Virus record (IMG/VR): IMGVR_UViG_3300030103_004582
Location: 1-64,000 of that record
Length of the DNA stretch: 64,000 nt
Direction: 5' to 3' (one strand)
Source: an uncultured virus (IMG/VR IMGVR_UViG_3300030103_004582)
Taxonomy: Duplodnaviria > Heunggongvirae > Uroviricota > Caudoviricetes
Shown here: one piece after another, positions 54,801 through 64,000 of the stretch
Layout of the letters: every line of letters begins with the position of its first letter
How positions within the stretch are numbered: the first letter of the stretch is position 1
Notes under the pieces: model-generated
What the model was told of the DNA's origin: nothing
The model's input: the letters and a program-made list of their open reading frames with translations, nothing else
Databases searched by the model: none
Translations under genes and position numbers: made by a program

Positions 54801-57800
54801 GGTTATTTGTTAATACCATTACTTCACTTAGTGGTCCACCTGTAGGATAAGTATAAAATTGTAAATTACCTGATACACCACCCCCGAAAGTCGTACCTTC
54901 AATTCTAGCAAAAGGTGTAGATACACCCTCATTATCAAAATCAATTACAGAGTTACTCGTAGAAACTGCACTTAGTGTTAGTGAAGCATTATCAACTGGA
55001 TTTGATATTAATACATCACCTCTAACATCTAATTTTTCTAATGGGTTATCTGTACCCATTCCTGTGTTACCATCTACTATTAAATCACTATCTAATTGAG
55101 TATTTCCAGTAACTCTTAATTCACCGTTAATGGTTAACCCATTCATTTCATCTATGATTGCAGTTTGAGGTGTACTACCACTTATACCTATTGCAAATTC
55201 ATTTTCTGTTGGATCGTATGTATAACCTGTAATACCTGAATTTCCACCACCACTACCTGTAGTTCCAGTAACCACAAATCCATTAGCATCTAATCCTAAA
55301 TTAATTAATGGTGTGCCAGCACCAACAGTTCCAATATTTAAATTAGGTACATAAACTGTGTCAGTTGTACCACCACTAATCTTCCTACCCCCAAGTATAA
55401 CAGATCTTTGTGTACCATTAATTATTTTATGTTGTGAACCACCAATAATAGCATTCTCAGTACCACCACTAATAATATTAACAGAACCACCTAAAATTGA
55501 CGAAGCGGTTGCATTACTTATAAGGGAATTTGAAGCATTATATATCGATGAATTAGTACAACTACCAGTAATCTCACTTCCTGTAGATGATAAAATAAGA
55601 GAATCTCTACTATCAGACAATGTGTTAAATCTACCACCAATAATTGTGGAACGCTGAGGAGATCCACCATTTGTAGTATCTTGTATAGTATTTTGATTAC
55701 CTCCAATAATAGACGAATACATTAAAGATCCACCACTTTCTTCAATAATATTTAACTCATTACCACCCAATATAATATTTGAACTACCTCCACTTATAGT
55801 AGATGATACAGTACTTAACATTGCTGAATTAAATGAATTATTTATATCATTTCCAACACCACCCGCAATTAATGCCCTTTCAGAATCACTTACAGTATCC
55901 TCAATATTATTATCACTACCACCAATAATAACACCATAATCTATAGTTCCTTTAATATTAGAATTACTTGTAGATATTATAGCAGATGTAGTACCACCAC
56001 TAATTGTATTACTATTACCATTTATTATAGTTGAAGTTAAACTGTCATAAATATCGTTAGTGTTAAAGTAACCCCCCACTAATACTGAACCGGTTGACGT
56101 ACCATTGATTGTTCCTGCATTTTGATTAATACTTTTTAATCCACCATTTTCTATATCCCAATAAACTGTACCACCAGTTGTACTACCAGAGGAAGGTTGC
56201 CAACTTGCTACCCCATCTGCGTCACAAGTTAATACATAACCAAGTTGTTCTGTGCCATCTTCAATTCTTACCGTCCCATCAACATGAAATGTTTCTGTGG
56301 GTGTATCGGTATTGATTCCTACATTACCTCTTGAAGAATCTGTGGTATTTTTTCCTTGAATGTGTATATCAGGAACACCACCATCTGCATCTTGTCCTGC
56401 ATACATCCTAATATAATCTGGTAATGTACCTGCAGGAGATGAAGGTGCAGAAATAATATTTAAACCGTTTTGGTCAATGGAAGAATAAAGATAACCGTCA
56501 CCTTGTGCGCCATATCCAGGAAAACTAGCCTCTGTACTACCTCTAACCCCAAATGTAATACCACCCTCTCCCGGATTAGAAACTGCTATTCTAGCAAGTT
56601 GATTTGTTGTACCCGCACTTAATCTAACAAGTGCGTTACCACTGTTAAGGTCTGAATCGAATGTTCCACCAGGTTCTTCCATTTTGAAGTCGCCCATAAC
56701 ATGTAATTTCTCCGTTGGGTCTATTGTACCAATACCTACACTACCACTATTAGTTATAGTTACTTTGGTATCTGCAGTAGTACTAAAAGTAGTACCATCA
56801 TTTCTTGTCGCAAACTTAATACTAGGATCGGTAGTTGAGTTAACACCTATAACTAAATCGTTTATCGAATCAGGTGAAATACCAATATTAGAGGTTGAAA
56901 TACCACCATCTTGTGATAGTAAAATATCTGCAGTATCCGTATCATCTACGTCATTTATGTCTGCTTCTATTTTAATTTTAGCATTTGTAGTGGATTTTAT
57001 ATGTAACTTTTCTGTTGGTGTATCAGTTCCTATTCCTGTACTACCACTAACAATTAAATCATTAGTTACTGTTAAACCACTAACTTCTAAAATTTGTGAA
57101 TCAAAAGAAGTTCCACCACTTAAACCTATAGTAAAAGTATTACTAGCGGGATTATAAGAATATCCGGTTATAGGTGTGCTAGCCGCCCCACTAGAAGGAA
57201 GTTGGTTAGCATTAATATATTTTACTGTTGCAGTATCATTATCATATATAAGTAATTTATCGTTTGCACCATCTACTGTTATACCAGTTCCATTAGTCGC
57301 CGCCATAATAACTGAATCCGCACCTGAATAGTCTACCGCGATTAAAACTCTATCGGTAGCAGCAACCCCTATGTCAATACCTGTAGAACCCTCAAAAGTA
57401 AGTGTATCACCAGAAGTTATAGTAAAAGGTGTACCGTTATCTCCGGCTACTGTGAATGACGTTTTACCACTTAATGATGATAAATCAACATTAAAAGTTC
57501 CTCCAGTTGTGTTGGTAAATGTTATTTCGGATGTACTACTATCATATGTACCACCAGATACAAAAGTATTAGTTAATCCTGTAACAAAACCACATATATC
57601 AAAAGTAGAACCACTATTTGTAGCAAACGTAACACATCCAGTGTTTACATCATAAGTTCCACCGGTTACATTAATATCGTTATCAGTAAATAAAGCTGCC
57701 GCATTTGTCACATTAAATGTTCCGCCAGTTGTATTTGTGAATGTTAATTGTTGAGTGGTTACATCTGCAGAACCACTATTAACAAAAACATCAGTTGATG

Positions 57801-57993
57801 ATGCACCACTTAAAGTAGAAGAATCTCTATATTCTACATTACCACTAGTAGTATTTCTTACTAAAATTTCTGTTGCTGAGTTATTATTAACAGGTGTGTT
57901 AATAATATTGAATGTTTGCCCTGAAAGATTTCCCTCAACTAAGGAATTACCTTTAGATACAAACCCATTTTTTATTATAAATTCGTGTGCCAT
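51853..57993 (-). CDS. Long tail fibre with IIGG beta-repeats and C-terminal peptidase S74-like intramolecular chaperone
   Basis: 2046 aa; GIGT.TP.EKLH modules; SDSRCKFNI..HYGF..MNYVDLIPFMVEGIKQL. Confidence 0.75.
54110..56710. repeat. Internal duplication of about 650 bp in the fibre gene (about 54110-54755 and 56060-56710)
   Basis: Near-identical LHVMGDFKMEE..EASFPGYGAQGDGYLYSSIDQNGLNIISAP..LPDYIRMYAGQDADGG..VLTCDADGVASWQPSSG. Confidence 0.9.
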
Positions 57994-58030
57994 TATTTAA
58001 TACTTTCCCTTTCCAGTTATTAAATGTTAT

Positions 58031-58047
58031 TATTTATATATAAATAT
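58031..58047 (-). promoter_or_regulatory. Putative late promoter motif within palindrome TATTTATATATAAATA
   Basis: About 45 nt upstream of ATG 57993. Confidence 0.5.
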
Positions 58048-58071
58048 GTTAAAGTTAATAAAACTAAAATA

Positions 58072-58878
58072 TTAATAAATTCGAGATGGGTGTTTAAATC
58101 TACTTCTCATTGCAACATAATTTCTTAATATTTCCTCTTGATTTAAACATATATTATACATAGATGCTGACGCAATTTTACCACTAAATCTTTGTCCACC
58201 AGAACTACCCCCCCTAGCAACATCTGGTTCATTTGTACCAGCAATTCTACCCGATATCACCGGCACATCACTTCTAGTTTCTACTAAATCAGCGTTAACA
58301 TATATTTTAATTGTACTAGTACCATCACCATTATCAGAACATGTAGTAACTACATAATTAAAATCTAAGGGGTAATTAGTTTCAGTATATGCCGTATAAG
58401 TACCATATCCTTGTTGTGTACCATCAGTAATTGCCATTTGAATAGTGTTATTAAATATGTACAACCAACTCCTATTAATGTTTCCTCCACCATTAGCAGT
58501 ACCCGGACAAAATATTGTAGAACCTAAAGGACCACTTCTATTATGATTTATCCATGTAGTATAGGTTAATTCTGAAGGCATATTTACCATAGGTTTTCCT
58601 ATCGATTGAAAATAATAATCACTACCATCAAAAAAGAAAGATTTTATATTATTATCCGTGGTCACTACTATTTGTGAGGTAGTTGCAGATGGTGGTATTC
58701 CCCCAGGCCCTTGATCTGTGTTTTCTTCGAATTCTAATCTTCTAAAGTTTGTTCCTGTTTCTTTTTTACCAAGATTATTAACTACCCCATCATTTATATT
58801 GTATGAATTAGTATTTTGTGCGTCAACATAAAATATTAAACCGTCAGTTACTATTTTGGGTGAATGAAAAATTGCCAT
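58072..58878 (-). CDS. LamG/concanavalin A-like lectin-fold protein
   Basis: PKIVTDGLIFYVDA.N..SY; FFFDG..; KIYVNA; FSGKIA..YN..L..EEI..NY. Confidence 0.8.
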   Translation of the reverse strand: MAIFHSPKIVTDGLIFYVDAQNTNSYNINDGVVNNLGKKETGTNFRRLEFEENTDQGPGGIPPSATTSQIVVTTDNNIKSFFFDGSDYYFQSIGKPMVNMPSELTYTTWINHNRSGPLGSTIFCPGTANGGGNINRSWLYIFNNTIQMAITDGTQQGYGTYTAYTETNYPLDFNYVVTTCSDNGDGTSTIKIYVNADLVETRSDVPVISGRIAGTNEPDVARGGSSGGQRFSGKIASASMYNICLNQEEILRNYVAMRSRFKHPSRIY

Positions 58879-58879
58879 A

Positions 58880-61138
58880 TTATATACTTCTTACTATTGT
58901 TTTTATTTCCCAACCATTGCTAGTTGCTGCCACTAATAAATTAGCAGATGTACCACTTATATTCATATCAAAAGTAACATCAGTAGTATCCCCTATATCA
59001 TTAGTTGTAGTTTCATTAAAATCTATTGATGATCCACTAAAAACTGACATTATAGATCCCGCTCTAACACCAGAAGTGTTTTTTACAGTATATTCAAAGA
59101 ACCCACCAGTATATGCCGTAGTGGGAATACTATAAAGAATAGACTGTCCTACATTTTGATTGATAATAACTGTAGTATTTAGCGAAGGTGCCAAATGATT
59201 ACCCATCATTATCGTATTATCATCATAAACTTCTAAAATAGGTAATCCAGATACATTATTAACCCCAAATAGTTCGCCAGTTAATGTATCAGTAACAGTA
59301 AATAATTCTCCTACCGAACCTTCTACTGCAAATATTGGTTCTGTGTCACCAGTTCCTGCTATTTGTAGTACTGGACCAAATAAATAAGTGTCTGTATCAC
59401 CACTAAAAATTGAGTGTCCATTCACATATGCAAAACCATTAACTTCTAATTCATTATTTACTGTTAAATCATTAGTTACAGTAAGTCCAGAAACTGTATT
59501 AAAAGATGCGTCAAATGAACTACTTCCGCTTATATCAATACTAAAGGTATTATTTGTAGAATTATACGTATATGCACTTATTGTTGTACCACTACCACCA
59601 CCATTATTAGTTGTACCCGTTACCACAAAACCATTAGAATCTATACCTAAATTATATATTGAAGTACCAGAAACTACATCTCTTATATTTAATTTAGGTA
59701 CGTAAACTGTATTTGCCGTAGTGGCAGTAATATTATATCCACCTAAAATTACTGTATTACCCTCTATTTCTTCTCCTAATGTAGCAATAGTATTACCACT
59801 ACCACCGATAATTGCGGAATTAGGTGAAATAAGCGGGACTGAGGAATCATAAAGTATTGAATTATTTGTACCGCCACCAATGAACGAATTTTTATTATTC
59901 ATCGCCTCCCCAATAAAATTGTTATCTCCACCGGCAATTACACCATTAGAAATACCACCTTCACCGTTAATTCTATTATCAGTACCCCCTATTATACCAT
60001 TTCTCTCTACCCCAATACCTATTTGGTTGCTAACACCACCAATAATAGAGTTGTATTTACCAAAAAGACTACCAGAATAATACCCATTAATAGTATTACC
60101 ACTACCACCAATAATTGATGATCCTATTTGTGCGGATGACATTATATTATTACTACCCCCAATTATAGAACTTTCATAAACTATGTTATTACCACCTGCA
60201 CCTATTAGTTGATTTTCTAAACCATTAATAATGGTAGAAAATTGTCCGTTAGTAATTGTTAATCCAGTACCCCCTATTATAAATGAATGGTTTCCGTCTG
60301 ATATTAAATTTCCATTACCCCCTAAAATTTGAGAGGATAAAGATTCCATTATATCACTTTCTATACTATTAATTAATGTACCATAGTATGTAACTTTAGT
60401 AATACTATTATCGTCACCACCTAAAATTAATGAATTATATGAACTATTAAAAAGATTATTTTGACCTTGAAAAATACCGTTATCACTACCCGCAGCAATT
60501 TGATTAGTGGCACCACCAATAATTGTAGTACCAGATGATGCAACTATTTCATCATCCAACCCACCTATAATAGAAGACAAATAAGTTTTAGTCACTGTAT
60601 TGCCAGAACCACCTATAGTTGTAGATAAAGGTGAAACAACAACACTATTATTAAATCCTTGAGATATAGAGTAATCTCCTTGTGATATATTACCACCAGA
60701 AATTGTTTTAATTGAACCGATACCTGTTGAACCAGATATCCAATAACTATCTCCACCACTAGTAAATCCAGTTATTGTTATAGTATCACCACTACCATTT
60801 ACTAATGTTAATGTACCCGCACTAAATGTACCACCGGTAATTGCAGAACCAGATCCACCACCGAAATTAACTTCCTCCCAATCAGTTTCATCGAAATCCC
60901 AAGGATCTTTATCTTTTAGTTTAAAATATCTACTACCACTTTCGATACCTACAATCATACCAGCTCTACGGCGCAATTCTGTTATGGTAGTTCCCGAAAA
61001 TATTTCAGTACCTCCACTGTAATTTCTTAAACCATCAATACCTAAAGTAGTATCAATAACGGGAAAAGTATCACTAGTTGTACCAGGAGAAATAAATCCT
61101 GATATTGGAACACCACCTATGTCTACATAATTTGCCAT
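58880..61138 (-). CDS. Fibre-like protein with IIGG.N repeats
   Basis: 752 aa; many S.IIGG..N repeats; NTVYVPKLNI; N-terminus shared with 61151..62575. Confidence 0.7.
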   Translation of the reverse strand: MANYVDIGGVPISGFISPGTTSDTFPVIDTTLGIDGLRNYSGGTEIFSGTTITELRRRAGMIVGIESGSRYFKLKDKDPWDFDETDWEEVNFGGGSGSAITGGTFSAGTLTLVNGSGDTITITGFTSGGDSYWISGSTGIGSIKTISGGNISQGDYSISQGFNNSVVVSPLSTTIGGSGNTVTKTYLSSIIGGLDDEIVASSGTTIIGGATNQIAAGSDNGIFQGQNNLFNSSYNSLILGGDDNSITKVTYYGTLINSIESDIMESLSSQILGGNGNLISDGNHSFIIGGTGLTITNGQFSTIINGLENQLIGAGGNNIVYESSIIGGSNNIMSSAQIGSSIIGGSGNTINGYYSGSLFGKYNSIIGGVSNQIGIGVERNGIIGGTDNRINGEGGISNGVIAGGDNNFIGEAMNNKNSFIGGGTNNSILYDSSVPLISPNSAIIGGSGNTIATLGEEIEGNTVILGGYNITATTANTVYVPKLNIRDVVSGTSIYNLGIDSNGFVVTGTTNNGGGSGTTISAYTYNSTNNTFSIDISGSSSFDASFNTVSGLTVTNDLTVNNELEVNGFAYVNGHSIFSGDTDTYLFGPVLQIAGTGDTEPIFAVEGSVGELFTVTDTLTGELFGVNNVSGLPILEVYDDNTIMMGNHLAPSLNTTVIINQNVGQSILYSIPTTAYTGGFFEYTVKNTSGVRAGSIMSVFSGSSIDFNETTTNDIGDTTDVTFDMNISGTSANLLVAATSNGWEIKTIVRSI

Positions 61139-61150
61139 ATATCTATATTT

Positions 61151-62575
61151 TTATACATTGTTTAATTGAAATTTGTATGGGTTACTTGTTTGAGCAAATG
61201 TTTGTCTCCACACTTTATAATTTACTGGTAGACCTTGACTATTAGTTATACTAATATCTGTTTGAAAAGATCCTGGTATTGGTGTTACACCAGCAAAATC
61301 AGTAATAGGTGCTCCTGCAGATGTCCATGAACCAACATTAGTTAGTATATCTGGTACACATACCCATAAATAATTACTACCCGAATTTGCAACCGTAAGA
61401 ACCGAACCAAAACCTAATGACGTTACAAACTGACTATTTGATAAGGTAACCATTTGCCCACCAGTTAATGTTAATCCACCCATACCAAAATATACATAGG
61501 ATTTCCATGTTGCGGAAATGTTACGAGTAAAAGATGCCCCTTGAGTATTAATTCCATGTACTGTGTATAAGGGTTCTGAACCTACACTTGTTTTTACGTC
61601 AGATACTTGTATTGTTGCACCTGTTGTTCCTGCCTTAGGTTGACTATCTAATAATATATTACCACTAGAATCAGTAACCTTCACACTATTAGGTATTAAA
61701 TCATCTACATTTGCGGGTTGTGTAGTAGACCAACTAAAATCTTTAGAAACCGGAACACCTGGTGTAGTCTCCTGACCTATTTCATAACTACTAAGTAAAT
61801 CACTACGAGTAAAAGAATTAAAGGTTGGTGGGATATATGGGTATAATAAATCGTCCCACATTTCTTGCATTGTCTTACCTGGTGCAGGAAATGAACTTCC
61901 TGCGGTTATACCACCTACTGTTGTAGGTGTTGCAGCACTATTTATATAATTAGGTATTGTACCACCAGATAAAGGAGACAAATCAACATTATAGAAATTG
62001 GCACCATATAAATTATTATCGAATTGTAAAGTAGTACCAACTAATGTCGCCGCATCTGTATAAGAATCCGCAGTTCCACCTGATAATGCGGATAAGTCTA
62101 CATTGTAAAAATTAGAACCAAATACGTTATTATCAAATTGTAATACATTACCTACCAAAGTTACACCATCAGTATAAGAATCTTCTATAGTAAAACCACT
62201 AATATTAATAGTATCACCACTACCATTTACTAAAGTTAATGTGCCAGCACTATATGTACCACCGGTAATTGCAGAACCAGATCCACCACCAAAATTAATC
62301 TCTTCCCAGTCAGTTAAATCAAAATCCCAAGGATCTTTATCTTTTAGTTTAAAATATCTATCACCACCCTCAACACCTACAATCATACCAGCTCTACGGC
62401 GCAATTCTGTTATAGTCTCACCACTTAGAACCTCTGTAGTAGTACCACTATAGTTTCTTAATCCATCAATACCTAATTGAGTGTCTATAACTGCATACTT
62501 ATCATCAGTACTACCTGGTGATATAAATCCAGTAATTTTAACACCTCCTAAACCTCCATAATCAGTACCACTCAT
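61151..62575 (-). CDS. Mosaic structural protein
   Basis: 474 aa; N-terminal module shared with 58880..61138, C-terminal module shared with 62603..64000. Confidence 0.7.
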   Translation of the reverse strand: MSGTDYGGLGGVKITGFISPGSTDDKYAVIDTQLGIDGLRNYSGTTTEVLSGETITELRRRAGMIVGVEGGDRYFKLKDKDPWDFDLTDWEEINFGGGSGSAITGGTYSAGTLTLVNGSGDTINISGFTIEDSYTDGVTLVGNVLQFDNNVFGSNFYNVDLSALSGGTADSYTDAATLVGTTLQFDNNLYGANFYNVDLSPLSGGTIPNYINSAATPTTVGGITAGSSFPAPGKTMQEMWDDLLYPYIPPTFNSFTRSDLLSSYEIGQETTPGVPVSKDFSWSTTQPANVDDLIPNSVKVTDSSGNILLDSQPKAGTTGATIQVSDVKTSVGSEPLYTVHGINTQGASFTRNISATWKSYVYFGMGGLTLTGGQMVTLSNSQFVTSLGFGSVLTVANSGSNYLWVCVPDILTNVGSWTSAGAPITDFAGVTPIPGSFQTDISITNSQGLPVNYKVWRQTFAQTSNPYKFQLNNV

Positions 62576-62602
62576 ATTTATTTATTTATTTTTTTCATTT
62601 TA

Positions 62603-64000
62603 TTAATTACATAACCATGTGGTAAATGCTGCAGCCGTTTGGTTAACCGACCTATAAATTCTATAAGTCACCGATACAGTAAACGGATTTATTATTGTTA
62701 TAGTTGGTAATTCAATAAAAGGTATATTATTACCAAAACATCCCGCAACAGAATCTCTAATATCTGATGGTTGCCCAAGAGTATTTGGAATACACCAATA
62801 CATATATTCACCACCAGCAGTTGCTGGTTGGGTTACATAACTATTTACGACACTACTAACTAAACCTCCACCCGCTAAGGATTGCATTTGTGTTGCATTT
62901 AAAGTAGCACTGACATTTTTACCAAAATACCATCGTATTTTCCAAGTTCTACTTATTGTTCTATTAAAAGTTCCACCTTGTGTGTTTATACCAAATATTT
63001 GATATAAATTTTTACTACCCACTGTTGTCCTACCCATTGCTGCAGTAGTAGTAACAGTTTGTGAACCATCGTTATCTTCAGAATTTGCAATAGTAAGAGA
63101 TGGATCAAGTTCTTTTATTTCTATACTACCTGCAATTCCAGATTCTACATTAACACTATTAGATGTACTCCAAGTAAAATTCTTACTTCCTGTAGTTATT
63201 GTTTCACCTACTTCGTAAACACTTTTAAGGTCTGCCCTATTAAAACTGGTAAATGAAGGTGGTTGGTAAGGATATAATAATTGATCCCACATTTGTTGCA
63301 TTGTTCTACCTGGTGGTGGAAATGTATTTCCTGCAAGTATACCACCTACCGTTTCTGTAGTAGAAGCAGTATTAATATAATTAGGTATTGTACCACCAGA
63401 TCCACCTGCCGCTGGTGCCCATACACCAGTACCATCTTCTTCGTCTTGTGTTAATACATAACCAATAGTTCCTAAAGATGCACCATCTCTTATTCTTATT
63501 TTATCAGTCGTTAATTTATTATCTATTGTGGCATCTTCCCTACTTCTTAAATAATCTAAAGGCCCTGTATAATCTAAAGATTTAGCAGAAAATTCTAAGT
63601 AAGTTGCACTTAAGAATCCTGTGTTCGCAGTAAAAGTTTGTGCACTAAGAGCTACACCATTTAATACCCCCACTGTTCCATCACCACTAATATCCAACGG
63701 ATCTAAAGTTGCACCACTGGCATTAGCAGTATCAACATTAAAATTATATTCAATACTATAACCACTATATTCTAATGCTATATTATGAGTACCATTAGTA
63801 CCTGATAATGTAATATCCCAAAACGGCCCTACAGTTATAGTACTATCAAGAAAAGTAGTTATACCAGTAATAAATGGATCTCCGTCCCCCCCTAAACTAC
63901 TTGTATTTGGGGTAATTCCAACAGGTATCTGAATAGCCGTTGTTGTATAAAGTGGGTTAGTCCAAGTCAAAGAACTATATGGAATTTCATCTGTTGTTAT
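62603..64000 (-). CDS. Structural/fibre-associated protein (5'-truncated by window end)
   Basis: Frame is open beyond the track TTG to 64000 (ITTDEIPYSSLTW..); GYVLT..GTGVW and TVGGI.AG..LLYPY.PP modules. Confidence 0.7.
   Translation of the reverse strand: MTTDEIPYSSLTWTNPLYTTTAIQIPVGITPNTSSLGGDGDPFITGITTFLDSTITVGPFWDITLSGTNGTHNIALEYSGYSIEYNFNVDTANASGATLDPLDISGDGTVGVLNGVALSAQTFTANTGFLSATYLEFSAKSLDYTGPLDYLRSREDATIDNKLTTDKIRIRDGASLGTIGYVLTQDEEDGTGVWAPAAGGSGGTIPNYINTASTTETVGGILAGNTFPPPGRTMQQMWDQLLYPYQPPSFTSFNRADLKSVYEVGETITTGSKNFTWSTSNSVNVESGIAGSIEIKELDPSLTIANSEDNDGSQTVTTTAAMGRTTVGSKNLYQIFGINTQGGTFNRTISRTWKIRWYFGKNVSATLNATQMQSLAGGGLVSSVVNSYVTQPATAGGEYMYWCIPNTLGQPSDIRDSVAGCFGNNIPFIELPTITIINPFTVSVTYRIYRSVNQTAAAFTTWLCN

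Overview
AT-rich fragment of a large contractile-tailed (T4-like/jumbo myovirus) phage genome, read in the standard code and almost entirely on the minus strand. It holds a virion morphogenesis region: baseplate hub and wedge, tape measure, tail chaperone, tube, sheath, neck proteins and about 26 kb of mosaic fibre/adhesin genes. Replication genes are interleaved (gp32-like SSB, family-B DNA polymerase, SNF2 helicase). The host is probably Bacteroidota, judging from TTTG-N19/20-TATATTTG promoters, A-rich start regions without Shine-Dalgarno sites and a T9SS-cargo-like domain. Main observations: (1) nine unrelated proteins carry basic/amphipathic N-terminal leaders ending in [ILV]-x-E, suggesting a modular capsid-packaged cargo system; two share a 20/24-identical leader on unrelated bodies. 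(2) A PLOD-like 2OG-Fe(II) oxygenase fused to a glutaredoxin co-occurs with Gly-X-Lys collagen and Cys-rich fibres. (3) The tail chaperone has a probable +1/-2 programmed frameshift. (4) Two promoter classes partition the genes, including a putative late motif ATATTTAT that is the reverse complement of the T4 late box. (5) A 52-aa RHH-like regulator with operator repeats was missed by the ORF track. (6) A promoter fires into an ORF-less AT-rich tract, a candidate origin. All functional calls come from motif recognition by eye; no database searches were run.
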